56,700 nucleotides of DNA from Candidatus Bipolaricaulia bacterium (GCA_049643905.1 JBARQW010000108.1:1-56700); one strand, 5' to 3'. Shown: positions 8,965-19,472, counted from the first letter of the stretch. A program made the numbers and translations. Notes: generated by a model not told the origin, from the letters alone.

Positions 8965-10237
8965 GCGCGGCTCCGGCCGCCTGAAGTGCTCCTAGTTCCC
9001 GTTCCGAAACCCTCGCACGAATGCGGATCCCGCTCTCCGTGTGTTCCAGAACATCGACCCGCTCAGGTGTCGTCCATTCGTGGAGCGTCCCGATCGCGGT
9101 GAACGGAACGAGAAGGTTCACGACCCGATCATCAGGGAAGATGCTCTCTGCGATCCGCGCCAGCAACAGATCGATGTTCGTTCCATCTCTTGCCGAGATC
9201 GCCACACCGCGCTCGCCGTCGGTCGACACGCTTGCTGCGACGTCGATCTTGTTGAACACGCTGACCATCGGAGGGCGACGATCATCTTCTCGGAAGACCT
9301 CGCTCTCGAGGATCTCGATCACGACCTTGTAGTCCTGCTCCCACGCCCCCCCGGCACGATCGACGATGTGGAGAACGAGATCGGCATCGCGAACGGCCTC
9401 GAGCGTCGCGGCGAACGCGGGGACCAGGTCGTGCGGTAGGTCGCGGATGAAACCGACGGTGTCGATGAAGAGCGCGAAACGGCCCGGCGCAACGTCACCG
9501 CGGCGGACCATCGTGTCGAGGGTCGCGAAGAGCTTGTCTTCAACCGCGGAATCAGCTGCGCAGAGCTGGTTGAGAAGGGTGGACTTCCCGCTGTTCGTAT
9601 ACCCGACCAGCACAATCTGCGGAAGCTGGCTGCGCGCACGCTTCTTGCTTCGTTCCGAACGTTCTCCGGCTGCCTTCTTCAACCGCTTCTCGATCGCGTG
9701 GATCCGCCGGTTGACCTTGAAGCGATCGAGTTCGAGCTGGGTTTCGCCGGGGCCTCGAGTCCCGATCCCGCCGCCGGTCCGTGTCAGCGCCGATCCCCAA
9801 CCCCGGAGCCTCGGCAGAAGGTACTTGAGCTGAGCAAGCTCGACCTGCAGCCTCGCTTCTTTCGACCCCGCGCGTTGCGCGAAGATGTCCATGATCAACT
9901 GGGTCCTGTCGATCACTTTTCGCCCGAGTGCCTCTTCCAGGTTTCGCGCCTGCGCCGGCCTCAATTCGTCATTCAGAATGACGACGTCCGCGTTCAGCTC
10001 ATCGGCAGCGCGGCGCACCTCTTCCAGTTTCCCCTTTCCCAGGAATGTCGCAGGGACCGGTCGATTCTTCCTCTGGAGTACCGTGGCCAGTACAGGAATC
10101 CCGGCCGTGTCAGCCAGCGACTCAAGCTCCCTCATCGACGCTTCCACATCAACGCCATGCCCGGGGTCGATTCCCGCGAGGATGGCGCGTTCCGATCCGA
10201 AGACGCGGGCGCGCTCTCCGAGTCGGTCCTCCACCAA
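8927..10237 (-). CDS. hflX: GTPase HflX
   Basis: 'DRTQLIMDIFAQRAGSKEARLQVELAQLKY', 'GGGIGTRGPGETQLE', G1 'VGYTNSGKSTLLN'. The track ORF (to 10444) overlaps murA, so a TTG/GTG start at 10237/10234 just after the murA stop is more likely. Confidence 0.9.
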   Translation of the reverse strand: MVEDRLGERARVFGSERAILAGIDPGHGVDVEASMRELESLADTAGIPVLATVLQRKNRPVPATFLGKGKLEEVRRAADELNADVVILNDELRPAQARNLEEALGRKVIDRTQLIMDIFAQRAGSKEARLQVELAQLKYLLPRLRGWGSALTRTGGGIGTRGPGETQLELDRFKVNRRIHAIEKRLKKAAGERSERSKKRARSQLPQIVLVGYTNSGKSTLLNQLCAADSAVEDKLFATLDTMVRRGDVAPGRFALFIDTVGFIRDLPHDLVPAFAATLEAVRDADLVLHIVDRAGGAWEQDYKVVIEILESEVFREDDRRPPMVSVFNKIDVAASVSTDGERGVAISARDGTNIDLLLARIAESIFPDDRVVNLLVPFTAIGTLHEWTTPERVDVLEHTESGIRIRARVSERELGALQAAGAALSVSAASPDGRP

Positions 10238-10253
10238 AGGGCCGTCGTCTCTC

Positions 10254-11510
10254 CTACTTCGTTCGTCGTTCAATCCGTGCCCCCAAGTCCCGCATCTTCT
10301 CCTCGACGGCCGAGTAGCCCCGGTCGATGCTGTCCAGACCCGCAATCTCCGTCGGCCCGCGCGCAGCCAGTCCCGCGAGAACGAGGGCGGCGCCGGCGCG
10401 AATGTCAGGAGCGACGACACCACATCCGGTGAGACGCTCGACACCCGTGATCATCACATTCCTGCCATCGACCGCGATCTGCGCTCCCATCGCTCGCAGT
10501 CCCTTCGCATACGTGTAGCGTCGCTCGAAGACCCTCTCGACCACGGCGCTTGTGCCGGGGACGAGGGAGAGGAGCGCCGCAAGCGGCGGGTGGAGATCGG
10601 TCGGGAAACCAGGGTGTGGGCCGGTCTCGATTCGAATCGCGCGAGGCGTTCCTCCGTCGCGAATCGACAGGCTGTCCCCATTCACAGGACTCTGAAAGCC
10701 TGCGGCGGCGAGTGCTTCGAGGAACGGCGAGAGGTCTTCCGGGTTCACCCCATCGACGTGAACTTCACCACCCGTGATCGCCCCTGCGAGGAGGTAGGTC
10801 CCTGCCTCCATCCGATCCGGGATCACCGTGTGCTCGGCGCCTCGAAGCTCCGTCGTGCCTTCGATCCTGTACGTTCGGCCCTCGCTCTCAATCTGCGCCC
10901 CCATCTTGCGGAGCAGATCGACCAGGTCGATGACCTCAGGCTCGATCGCGGCGTTCCGCAGTTCACTCTCGCCTTCAGCAAGCGCCGCGGTCATGAGAAT
11001 CTGCTCCGTCGCACCGACCGAGGGAAACGCCAGCTCGATCCTTGCGCCGCGCAACCGGTCCGCCTCCACGACGACCATGCTCCCTCTCTCTTCGACGCGC
11101 GCACCGAGCGCCTTCAGGCCAGAGAGATGAAGATCGACGGATCGCTCCCCGATCGCACAACCCCCGGGCAACGGAACCAGGGCTCGACCCCGACGAGCAA
11201 CCAGCGGCCCGAGGACGAGAAACGACGCCCGCATCTGGCCAACCGAATAGGCGTTTGCCTCGATCGCGAGCGGGAGATCGCTGGAGAGAACCGCGCTCGT
11301 CCCTCGCCGGACGACTCGCTTCCCAAGGTCGGTGAGGGTAAACAGAATCGTGCTGACGTCGCGAAGTTGAGGCACCCGATGGAGAACGACCGGCTCGTCG
11401 GTCAGAAGAGAGGCCACGCAGGCTGGAAGCGCAGCGTTCTTCGCCCCCTCAATCGTCACGTGGCCGGAGAGGCGATGCCCTCCTTCGATGAGAAGGGATT
11501 CAGTGGCCAC
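10254..11510 (-). CDS. murA: UDP-N-acetylglucosamine 1-carboxyvinyltransferase
   Basis: 'LLIEGGHRLSGHVTIEGAKNAALP', 'LPGGCAIGERSVDLH', 'FPTDLHP'. GTG start 1 nt after the upstream stop. Confidence 0.95.
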   Translation of the reverse strand: MATESLLIEGGHRLSGHVTIEGAKNAALPACVASLLTDEPVVLHRVPQLRDVSTILFTLTDLGKRVVRRGTSAVLSSDLPLAIEANAYSVGQMRASFLVLGPLVARRGRALVPLPGGCAIGERSVDLHLSGLKALGARVEERGSMVVVEADRLRGARIELAFPSVGATEQILMTAALAEGESELRNAAIEPEVIDLVDLLRKMGAQIESEGRTYRIEGTTELRGAEHTVIPDRMEAGTYLLAGAITGGEVHVDGVNPEDLSPFLEALAAAGFQSPVNGDSLSIRDGGTPRAIRIETGPHPGFPTDLHPPLAALLSLVPGTSAVVERVFERRYTYAKGLRAMGAQIAVDGRNVMITGVERLTGCGVVAPDIRAGAALVLAGLAARGPTEIAGLDSIDRGYSAVEEKMRDLGARIERRTK

Positions 11511-11511
11511 C

Positions 11512-12510
11512 TTACGGGAGGTAGCGGTACGGATCGATCGGGAAGTTGCCGTTTCTGACCTCGAAATGCAGGTGAGGACCAGATGAGATGCCCGTGTTCC
11601 CTGACTGGGCGACGCCCTGACCGACTTCGACGAAACGTCCCTGCTCGACGAAAGAGCTGGCCAGGTGGCCGTACATCGACAAGAACCCGTCTCCGTGTTC
11701 TAGGATCAGGACGTTCCCGTACCCTGGCTGCTCACCGTAGAAGAAGACCGTGCCGCTCGCCGCGGCGTGCACCAGCGTCCCTTCCGGAACGTCGATGTCG
11801 ATCCCATCGTGATGGTGGCGATCTCCCAGGACGGGATGTTCGCGCCAACCGAACTCCGAAACGACCTCGCCCGAAAGCGGCCAGACGAACCGAGCCGGAA
11901 TCCCCCTCGACAGGGTCACGACATTCTCCCAGTACGTGTCCGTCGACGTCGGAACGAGAAGACGTTCGCCGGCGAAGATCGTCTGATTGACTGAAATCCC
12001 GTTCGCTTCGGCGATCGTCTCCTTGGGAACCGCGTACGTGACGGCGATGTCCGTCAGCGTCTGCCCTTGTTTGATGACGTGCAGGACCCCTTCGCGGGAC
12101 GCAATCAGAATCCGGCCGGGCTGCACCGGTTCGCTCCCGTAGAGGAGGTTGCTCGCTCGCAAGCTTTCGACGCTCACGCCGAGCTCGGTCGCCACGTCGC
12201 CAAGCGTTTCGCCGTCTTCGACGGTGTGAGTGAGGATCTCACCGGTGGCGATCGTCTCGAGAAGTCCCGTCTCCGTCGATTCCGGGGTCGTGGTCTCCAG
12301 CGGCTCGTCTCCCGTTGTCACGCCTGGGAGGAGGGTCGTTCTGACGTCGGTTCCTTCATCGACGACGACGAGTGGTTCCGAAGGACCTGTGCAGCCGGAG
12401 CGCAATAGGAATGGGACAGCGATGATTGCGGCGACGATGACAACGGCAATCGCAACTCGGTCCTTTCGGATCGGCTTCTTTCGTGTTCCGTAGTCTGCGT
12501 ATCTACTCAC
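11512..12510 (-). CDS. LysM-domain M23 family metallopeptidase
   Basis: Two LysM repeats: 'HTVEDGETLGDVATELGVSVESLRASN' and 'HVIKQGQTLTDIAVTYAVPKETIAEAN'. M23 motifs 'HHDGIDI' and 'GNTGISSGPHLHFEV'. N-terminal membrane anchor. Confidence 0.9.
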   Translation of the reverse strand: MSRYADYGTRKKPIRKDRVAIAVVIVAAIIAVPFLLRSGCTGPSEPLVVVDEGTDVRTTLLPGVTTGDEPLETTTPESTETGLLETIATGEILTHTVEDGETLGDVATELGVSVESLRASNLLYGSEPVQPGRILIASREGVLHVIKQGQTLTDIAVTYAVPKETIAEANGISVNQTIFAGERLLVPTSTDTYWENVVTLSRGIPARFVWPLSGEVVSEFGWREHPVLGDRHHHDGIDIDVPEGTLVHAAASGTVFFYGEQPGYGNVLILEHGDGFLSMYGHLASSFVEQGRFVEVGQGVAQSGNTGISSGPHLHFEVRNGNFPIDPYRYLP

Positions 12511-13756
12511 TGCTCATCAGCTCGAGGAACTGCTCGTTGTCCTTTGTCGCCTCGATCTTCCCCTTGATGAACTCCATCGCCGCTTGTGGATCGTTCAAAC
12601 CGCTCATCATCTTACGGAGGATCCACACCCGGTTCAATTCCTTCTCGCCGAGGAGGAGCTCCTCCTTGCGGGTGGCACTCTGCTCGACGTCGATCGCAGG
12701 GAAGACACGCCGGTTCGACATCCCTCGATCGAGAATCAGCTGCATGTTCCCGGTTCCCTTGAATTCCTCGAAGACGACCTGATCCAGTTTGCTCCCCGTG
12801 TCGACGAGCGCCGTGGCGATGATCGTGAGGCTTCCACCCTCTTCGATGTTCCGCGCTGCACCGAAGAATTCCTTCGGCTTGTACAGCGCGGTCGGATCCA
12901 TCCCGCCCGACAGAAGCTTCCCGGACGCCGGGCTCGACAGGTTGTACGCACGAGCGAGCCGCGTGATTGAATCCATCAGGATGACAACGTCCTGGCCCAT
13001 CTCGACGAGCCGCTTCGCACGATCCGTGATCAGTTCGGCGATCCGCGTGTGGTGACGCGGCTCGAGATCGAACGTCGCCGCGACAACTTCGCCCGCCTCG
13101 ACCGATCGCTTGAAGTCGGTGACTTCCTCCGGCCGCTCGTCGACGAGCAAGACGAAGAGCTTGACGTCTGGGTAGTTGGCGTTGATCCCGGCCGCGATCT
13201 GCTTGAGAAGGGTCGTCTTCCCCGCCATCGGCGGAGACACAATCAGTCCACGCTGCCCCTTCCCGATCGGACAGAACAGGTCGATGATCCGCGTCGCAAT
13301 CTCGGTCGGATCGTGCTCCAGCCTGTACATGTCCTCCGGATGAAGTGGCGTCAGATCGCGGAAGCGGGGCCTCCGACGCGAAACATCCGGGTCTCCCCCG
13401 TTGATCTCTTCAGCCTTGAGGAGGGCGAAGTACCGCTCGTCGTTCTTCGGGGCCCGAATCGACCCCGTGATCAGATCCCCGTCGCGTAGCGCGAATCTCT
13501 TGATCTGAGACGGAGAGACGTAGGTGTCGGTCTGGCCTGGCAGACAGGTATCGCCACGAAGGAATCCGTACCCATCGGGGTGGACTTCGAGAATCCCGTT
13601 GGTGAAACGAAGATCATTCTCCCTGGCCATGTGCGCCATGAGACCCCGGAGGAGTTCGTCCTTGCCTGCTTGTTTCGCGTTCTTGATGTGAAGCTCCTCG
13701 GCCATGACGAGGAGCTCATCGATCGTCCGGTCACGCAGTGCCTTGACTTCCATCAT
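12503..13756 (-). CDS. rho: Transcription termination factor Rho
   Basis: '[14 protein letters not shown]', '[23 protein letters not shown]', '[16 protein letters not shown]', '[13 protein letters not shown]'. 8-nt overlap with the downstream M23 gene. Confidence 0.95.
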   Translation of the reverse strand: MMEVKALRDRTIDELLVMAEELHIKNAKQAGKDELLRGLMAHMARENDLRFTNGILEVHPDGYGFLRGDTCLPGQTDTYVSPSQIKRFALRDGDLITGSIRAPKNDERYFALLKAEEINGGDPDVSRRRPRFRDLTPLHPEDMYRLEHDPTEIATRIIDLFCPIGKGQRGLIVSPPMAGKTTLLKQIAAGINANYPDVKLFVLLVDERPEEVTDFKRSVEAGEVVAATFDLEPRHHTRIAELITDRAKRLVEMGQDVVILMDSITRLARAYNLSSPASGKLLSGGMDPTALYKPKEFFGAARNIEEGGSLTIIATALVDTGSKLDQVVFEEFKGTGNMQLILDRGMSNRRVFPAIDVEQSATRKEELLLGEKELNRVWILRKMMSGLNDPQAAMEFIKGKIEATKDNEQFLELMSSE

Positions 13757-13765
13757 GAATCACCT

Positions 13766-14770
13766 CTAGAGCTGGATCCCTCGGCCGATGATGACCGCGG
13801 TAACCGCAACGTAGACTCCTAGCAGTACGATTGAATCGACACCGATTCCGAAGACGCGTCGTCGCGTGCGAGCCGCGATGGAGACGACGGCGATCCCCGT
13901 AAGGATGATCCCGGAACCGGCGACCAAGAGAAGATCTCCCTCTCCGTCTCCGAGGCTGCCCAGGATTGAGCTGCCGCGGAAAGCCGCATCGGCGAAGAAG
14001 ATCGTCAAGATGTTGAACATGTTCGAGCCGAACAGGTTCCCGATGATCATGTCGGTGGCGTTGATCCTGAGCGCACCGATCGACGTCGCGAGTTCCGGCA
14101 GGGAGGTCACGATCGCCACCAGGATCGCGCCCATGAACGATGCTGAGAGCCCGGTCGTCACCGCGATTGTCTTGCTGGCGTGAACGAGGTAGATCCCGCA
14201 GACGACGATGATCGCCCCACACACGAGGAAGCCGATCGACGAGACAACGAGCGACGGCAGCTTCCGCGTCGAAGGCTCGTCCTCCGTCTGATCCTCCCTC
14301 TCGGCTCGGAACAGGAGGAAGACCCCGGCGCAGTAACCGATGAGGATGAAGACGCTGATCGGGCTGATCCCGAGGACTGCTCCCCCCGGCTTCCACACGA
14401 TCCCGAGCAGCGCCAGCGCCGTCAGCAGGATCGCCATGCCGCCGCTGATCACGTGATACGGTCGTACCAGCGCCAGGAAGGACCCCGGACGACGCCGCAG
14501 CAGGAGGATGTCCATCACCGCGATGATGGCGACGTTGAACAAGTTGCTCCCGAGTGCGTTGCCGACAGCGATACTCGGCTCCCCGATGCTGGCCGCGGTG
14601 ACTGTCGTCGTCAGCTCGGGAATCGACGTCAGCGTCGCCAGGAAGATCAGACCGATCCACCCCTGCCCAATGTGCAAATGCCTTCCCAGCGCATTTCCGT
14701 ACAGGGCAAGCCGCATCCCGGCGAGGACGATGCCTCCCGCACAGAGGGCGAACACAATCCACGCGTTCAT
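13766..14770 (-). CDS. Ca2+/cation antiporter (CaCA / YrbG-like Na+/Ca2+ exchanger)
   Basis: Polytopic membrane protein with two alpha-repeats, 'GNALGSNLFNVAII' and 'GNLFGSNMFNILTI'. Confidence 0.85.
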   Translation of the reverse strand: MNAWIVFALCAGGIVLAGMRLALYGNALGRHLHIGQGWIGLIFLATLTSIPELTTTVTAASIGEPSIAVGNALGSNLFNVAIIAVMDILLLRRRPGSFLALVRPYHVISGGMAILLTALALLGIVWKPGGAVLGISPISVFILIGYCAGVFLLFRAEREDQTEDEPSTRKLPSLVVSSIGFLVCGAIIVVCGIYLVHASKTIAVTTGLSASFMGAILVAIVTSLPELATSIGALRINATDMIIGNLFGSNMFNILTIFFADAAFRGSSILGSLGDGEGDLLLVAGSGIILTGIAVVSIAARTRRRVFGIGVDSIVLLGVYVAVTAVIIGRGIQL

Positions 14771-14822
14771 GTCCCTCCGCAGTCCGCCTTCGCCGCCGGC
14801 CGGGCGCGACGCAGGCGTTTGG

Positions 14823-15473
14823 TCAGATCTTCTTGAACAGCCACTTGATCATGTCTCCGTACATTTTCAATCGATCGAGAACCCCTTTGGTGAAGCCGCG
14901 CTTCTCTTCTTTGAGGACGTGGGTCACACCTGCGAGCTTCACATGCTCTTTGAGCCAGCCTTCCTTGGCCGCAAGCTTCGACAGGGCGAACTCGATGCCG
15001 TAGTCCATTCCTCCGACGTTCTCTTTGGTCCGCTCCCAAACGCCCCGTGACAGGACCCTTTGACCTGACGCGTACGGGTTGATCTTCTGCGCGAAGTCCG
15101 TGCTCTTCCTTCCGCTGGAGAAGACCCCAATGACCATGTCCAGGTTTCCGTCTCGATAGGCTCGGATGAGGTCGCCAACATGGTCCGCCGTCAGCCCGAC
15201 GAGGTCTGCGTCGAGAAACAGGAACGTGTCGTTCCTCGCCTCGGTAACTCCGGCATCGAGGGCCGCCGCTTTTCCGCGATTCTCAGGAAGACAGACCACC
15301 GTCACCGGAAAACCCGTCGCTTCTTCGCCCGTACCGTCATCCGATCCGTCGTCGACGACAATGACCTCGTCGACCATCGGACTCGCCAAGACGGGTCGGA
15401 GAACAGCGCTGATCCGACCAGCTTCGTTGTAAGCGGGTACCACCACGGAGATTCCCATAGGAGCGTAAGTCAC
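14823..15473 (-). CDS. Family 2 glycosyltransferase
   Basis: 'ISVVVPAYNE', 'VIVVDDGSDDGT', 'LFLDADL' (DXD). Confidence 0.8.
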   Translation of the reverse strand: MTYAPMGISVVVPAYNEAGRISAVLRPVLASPMVDEVIVVDDGSDDGTGEEATGFPVTVVCLPENRGKAAALDAGVTEARNDTFLFLDADLVGLTADHVGDLIRAYRDGNLDMVIGVFSSGRKSTDFAQKINPYASGQRVLSRGVWERTKENVGGMDYGIEFALSKLAAKEGWLKEHVKLAGVTHVLKEEKRGFTKGVLDRLKMYGDMIKWLFKKI

Positions 15474-15537
15474 GGGTTGAGTCGCACGAAATCTTGCGAT
15501 CAGTTGTGAGCCATTCTACTGATCCAAAGCGGGCATG

Positions 15538-18060
15538 TCAATTGGCAACGATCGGAGGAAGCCCGCTCTGCCGAGCATCGCCGAACCATCCTGCGACGTC
15601 TTCGACGAGCGCCCCGGGTGACGAGAACGCCTCCAATGAGGCCGGCAGAGCCGCTGCGAATGAGCGGCCGTAGCCCTTCACGAGGATCCTCCGGTCGGTC
15701 AGAATGACCGCGCCCCTGTCTCGTCGCGTCCGGATCAATCTCCCGACTCCTTGCCGAAGTTTCAGGACGGCTCTCGGTAGCGCGAGGTCGAGGAACGGGT
15801 CACGCCCGATTCGTGCGTAGTGATCCCCCAGAGCCGCCTGAATCGGATCCGTCGGCACGGCAAACGGGAGTCGGGTGATCACAACGTACTCCAGTTCGTC
15901 CCCCGGGAAGTCCACGCCCTCCCAGAAGCTGTCGGTGCCGAGAAGCAAGATTCCTCCCTGGAATCTCCTGAATCTCTCAATCAGTTTGCTCCTCGGTCCG
16001 TCGACTCCTTGCGAGAGGGCCTCGATCTCGTCGGGAAGCCGGCGGCGGACCTCGCCGAGCAGGCTGTGTGACGTGAAGAGGACGAGGCCTTTTCGACCAA
16101 GTCGGCCGGCAAGACGACCGAGGAAGGCGGCCAGCTCGTCCGCGTACCGTTCGCCATCCTCGGTGACGGACGGCAGCCAGGAGGGTATGCAAATCCGCAT
16201 GTGTTCTCGGTAAGAGAACGGACTTGCGACGACCTCGGTGTCGACTTCGTCGAACGCAGCATCCAGGCCAAGCGCGCGGACGACGAAATCGAAGTCTCCA
16301 TCGACAGAGAGGGTCGCAGAGGTTAGCACGACCGCCTCTAGAGGCGGGTAGAGGGCTCTCGTGAGGATCGGCGCGACCTCGAGAGGAGTCACGTGGAGCG
16401 ACAGACCGTAGCGGTCGCGCTCGTACCAATGCACGGCATCCGCCTCCGGCGGAGCGACGAGGAGTCTCAACAAGTAGCCGAGTTCCCGAATCGACCCGAC
16501 GTATGCTTCGCCCTCGCGCTCCAGTTCGGGATCGTCGATCTTGTCGATCAACTCCTCGATGGCCATCTGCAATTGTTCGGCCCTCGTTGCCAGCCGGTCG
16601 AACGTCGTCACGTAGTCGGCGAAGCTCGGAAGCGGGCCGCGCCGTTCATCGGGGAGCTTCCGCTCCAATCCGGCGAACAACCGCGACGCGCCCGTCCTCA
16701 ACGCGGCCACAAGATCGGTCGCCGCTCGAACGTCAATGTCCTCTCTCGCTTCGGGCAGGCGACGCAGCCATCCGACCCTCCGACGCCGGCTCGGCGTCAA
16801 CTCGTCCGCGAGGCGCTCGACGACGCGAAGAGAGAGGCTCAACGTGAACGCCGACCTCGCCGTCTCCTCCAACGCGTGAGCCTCGTCGATGATGGCGTGC
16901 GTGTACTTCCCGAGAACGAGGCGGTCCACGGTGAGGTCGTTGAGGAGAAGCGAATGATTGACGATAAGGAGGTCGGCTTTCCGAGCCCGTCGACGAGCTC
17001 GAATCGAGAAACACTCGTCCACATGCGGGCAGACCGAGTCGATGCAGTGAAGGTGAGAATCGCAGAGCCGACGCCACAACTCTCTCGCACTCGCGTGGGC
17101 CAGAAACGCGACGTTTTCGTCAATGTCTCCTGTCTCCGTCTCCCACAACCAACGAGCGAGAGGAGCCAGGAGATGCAGCCGGTCCCGTTCGAGTCCCTCA
17201 CTCAACTCTCGGACGGCGATCTCCCATCGGCGCAGGCAAAGGTAATTCTCTCGCCCTTTGAGAAGAGCGACCTTCGATTTCGAACCCATCTCCGCAAGCA
17301 GGAACGGAAGATCCTTCGCGAACAGCTGCTCCTGAAGCTGCTTCGTTCGCGTAGAAATGATGATGCGAGACGACCGCTCGCGGGCGAGATGGCCGATCGC
17401 CGGAATCAAGTAAGCGAACGTCTTTCCCGTTCCCGGACCGGCCTCTACAACAAGAGCTCCACCGTCCCGAAGCACACGCTCAACCCCCCTGGCCATCGCG
17501 ACCTGACCGTCTCGCTGCTCGTATGCGGGGAGGCTTCTGGCGACAAACCCGGCGGGGCCAAGCGGATCCCCCGAAGAGGGTTCGCCCCCCCTCTGCTCCT
17601 GCGGCTCGATCGGCTCAGCCGCCTCCGCTCTCTCCGTTTGCGCTGACGGCGCCGGAGGGAGGACGAGGGCACGTGAGAGGAGTCCCGAGAGCGGTTCGGG
17701 GAGGAGCCGCGCGAGGAGGCCGACCACGGCTCGATCGAGTCGCATGACCTCCTGGATGAGGAGACCGAACAGCTCTCCCAGAGCGCGCGCTGGCTCGTCA
17801 GCGCGCAGTGGAATGTCGTGAAGCTCGCAGATCGTCGTGAACTCGTGGTCGGGCAGGGTCGGGTGGAGAACGCGGGCAAGGAGTTTGGCGTCGAATGCGA
17901 CTTCGGAGGACGGGACCGCCACATCGCCGTAGATGACCCATGGGATCGTGTCGTTGGCTGGTTCGTCGGCTGACCTCGCACCAACATCAGACAGGTGACG
18001 GTCGTCGCCGCAAACGGCGCAGAATCGCGGAACGCGAAGACGAGCCCAGGGAACGTCCAT
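15538..18060 (-). CDS. dinG: DinG/Rad3-family ATP-dependent DNA helicase with an N-terminal extension
   Basis: Walker A 'EAGPGTGKTFAYLIPA', DEAH box 'IIDEAHALEE', Fe-S cysteines 'CDSHLHCIDSVCPHVDEC', C-terminal 'FWEGVDFPG' and 'RLIRTRRDRGAVILTD'. Confidence 0.85.
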   Translation of the reverse strand: MDVPWARLRVPRFCAVCGDDRHLSDVGARSADEPANDTIPWVIYGDVAVPSSEVAFDAKLLARVLHPTLPDHEFTTICELHDIPLRADEPARALGELFGLLIQEVMRLDRAVVGLLARLLPEPLSGLLSRALVLPPAPSAQTERAEAAEPIEPQEQRGGEPSSGDPLGPAGFVARSLPAYEQRDGQVAMARGVERVLRDGGALVVEAGPGTGKTFAYLIPAIGHLARERSSRIIISTRTKQLQEQLFAKDLPFLLAEMGSKSKVALLKGRENYLCLRRWEIAVRELSEGLERDRLHLLAPLARWLWETETGDIDENVAFLAHASARELWRRLCDSHLHCIDSVCPHVDECFSIRARRRARKADLLIVNHSLLLNDLTVDRLVLGKYTHAIIDEAHALEETARSAFTLSLSLRVVERLADELTPSRRRRVGWLRRLPEAREDIDVRAATDLVAALRTGASRLFAGLERKLPDERRGPLPSFADYVTTFDRLATRAEQLQMAIEELIDKIDDPELEREGEAYVGSIRELGYLLRLLVAPPEADAVHWYERDRYGLSLHVTPLEVAPILTRALYPPLEAVVLTSATLSVDGDFDFVVRALGLDAAFDEVDTEVVASPFSYREHMRICIPSWLPSVTEDGERYADELAAFLGRLAGRLGRKGLVLFTSHSLLGEVRRRLPDEIEALSQGVDGPRSKLIERFRRFQGGILLLGTDSFWEGVDFPGDELEYVVITRLPFAVPTDPIQAALGDHYARIGRDPFLDLALPRAVLKLRQGVGRLIRTRRDRGAVILTDRRILVKGYGRSFAAALPASLEAFSSPGALVEDVAGWFGDARQSGLPPIVAN

Positions 18061-18068
18061 CTTGGCGA

Positions 18069-18503
18069 CTACAGGAGGTGCCTCAGCAGGTCGATCCGCC
18101 GCACTCGCCCGACCAACCGGCCGTCAACGTCGACCACCGGCAGGTTCTTGACGCCCTGGCGGATCACGAGATCCGCGGCCCGAAGGTCGTCATCGTCTTC
18201 CGTGACGAAGTGGACATCGCGCCGCATGTACTTCTCGATCGGCTCGTCGGCGATCTGCATCAGCTTCGTCGAGAGCTGGTTCATATCCGGAATGAACGAC
18301 GCGCTGTGCAGCATCTCGAAGTACCCTGGCAGGGCGGCCCGAATCAGGTCCTTCTCCGAGATGAATCCGACCAACGTTCCGTCGTCGCCCACGACGGGCA
18401 TGTTCGGCATCTCTGCGTTTTCGAGAATGAAGATGAGCTGGCGGACGGGCAGGTCCTTCTCCACGGCGGTCAGATCCTTGGTCATGATCTCCCGGACTTT
18501 CAT
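18069..18503 (-). CDS. CBS-pair domain protein
   Basis: Two CBS repeats: 'MTKDLTAV...NMPVVGDDGTLVGFISEKDLI' and 'MRRDVHFV...NLPVVDVDGRLVGRVRRIDLL'. Confidence 0.85.
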   Translation of the reverse strand: MKVREIMTKDLTAVEKDLPVRQLIFILENAEMPNMPVVGDDGTLVGFISEKDLIRAALPGYFEMLHSASFIPDMNQLSTKLMQIADEPIEKYMRRDVHFVTEDDDDLRAADLVIRQGVKNLPVVDVDGRLVGRVRRIDLLRHLL

Positions 18504-18515
18504 GCTCCCTCCTCT

Positions 18516-19472
18516 CTAGATCCGCTCCACCGTTACCTTCGCCATTTCCGCTTCGATCTTGTCGAGTTCCCCGCACACCTTCTCGTCGCTTTCCGCGCTG
18601 GCGAGGCCGGCACCGAGTCCGAACCGGAGCGCCTCCTCGACCGAATCGCCCTGCACAATCCGGTATAGGATACCGGCAAGGAGTGCATCGTCAGCGCCAA
18701 CGATGTTCCTAAACTCCGCCGTTCGAACCGGCGTCCGAATCTCCCAGACGGCGTCTCGGGTCACTGCGATGTCCCCGGTCACCTGATGGGAGATGACGAC
18801 CATCTCCGCCCCGCATGAGGCAATCCGGCGCCCAGCCTCAATGATCTTCTCCTTCGAAGCCAGTTCGATCCCCATCAGTTCCCGGTGTTCGCGTGTGTCC
18901 GGCTTGACCAGATACGGACACGCTTCGAACGTCCTCATGAGAGCCTCACCGCGCGCACTCACCACGACCTTGGCACCGGCGTCCTGGGCCATCGTCGCGA
19001 GGTCGCGGTAGAGATCCACGTCGACCCCCGGCGGCAGGCTTCCGGCGAGAACAACCCAACTGGCGCGACTCAGCATCGTCCGAAACTTCCGGCGGAAGCG
19101 CTCGACTTCCGACGTTTCTATCTGCCTGCCTGGCTCTCCGATGAAAAGCGGAACGTACTCGTGGCCTCTCTCGAGCACTGTTACGTTCGTTCTCGTCTCT
19201 TCTCGCGTCCAGACGAAGTTCGTTGTCACGCCCCGATCGCGAAGATCGCGAACGACGACGTGTCCCGTATGCCCTCCGACGAACCCCATCGCGATGTTTT
19301 CCATTCCCATCTTCGACAGGAAGACGGACATGTTGATCCCCTTGCCGCCGGCGGATGTGGCGCTGTCCACCGCAGTCGTGAGGAATTCCTCCTCGGTCGT
19401 CTCGCAGATCCTCAGGTTCTCGACCCAGTAGGTCTTGTCGACGGCCGGATTGAGCGTGACAGTGATGATCAT
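18516..19472 (-). CDS. PfkB-family sugar kinase (1-phosphofructokinase / tagatose-6-P kinase-like)
   Basis: 'MIITVTLNPAVDKTYWV', 'GGKGINMS', 'VVLAGSLPPG', 'GADDALLAG'. ATG at 19472 follows GGAGGG and forms an ATGA overlap with the miaB stop. The track ORF to 19646 is over-extended. Confidence 0.85.
   Translation of the reverse strand: MIITVTLNPAVDKTYWVENLRICETTEEEFLTTAVDSATSAGGKGINMSVFLSKMGMENIAMGFVGGHTGHVVVRDLRDRGVTTNFVWTREETRTNVTVLERGHEYVPLFIGEPGRQIETSEVERFRRKFRTMLSRASWVVLAGSLPPGVDVDLYRDLATMAQDAGAKVVVSARGEALMRTFEACPYLVKPDTREHRELMGIELASKEKIIEAGRRIASCGAEMVVISHQVTGDIAVTRDAVWEIRTPVRTAEFRNIVGADDALLAGILYRIVQGDSVEEALRFGLGAGLASAESDEKVCGELDKIEAEMAKVTVERI

Noticed and set aside
9885-11558. 557-aa plus-strand ORF
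   Set aside because: It is antisense to murA and hflX. The composition is Arg/Ser/Pro-rich with no recognisable domain.
13731-14762. 343-aa minus-strand ORF overlapping the CaCA gene in another frame
   Set aside because: It is on the same strand as the CaCA antiporter but in an alternative frame. It is Arg/Asp-rich and lacks TM segments, whereas the 13766..14770 frame has clear alpha-repeats.
16393-17646. 417-aa plus-strand ORF
   Set aside because: It is antisense to dinG. It is an Arg-rich shadow frame.
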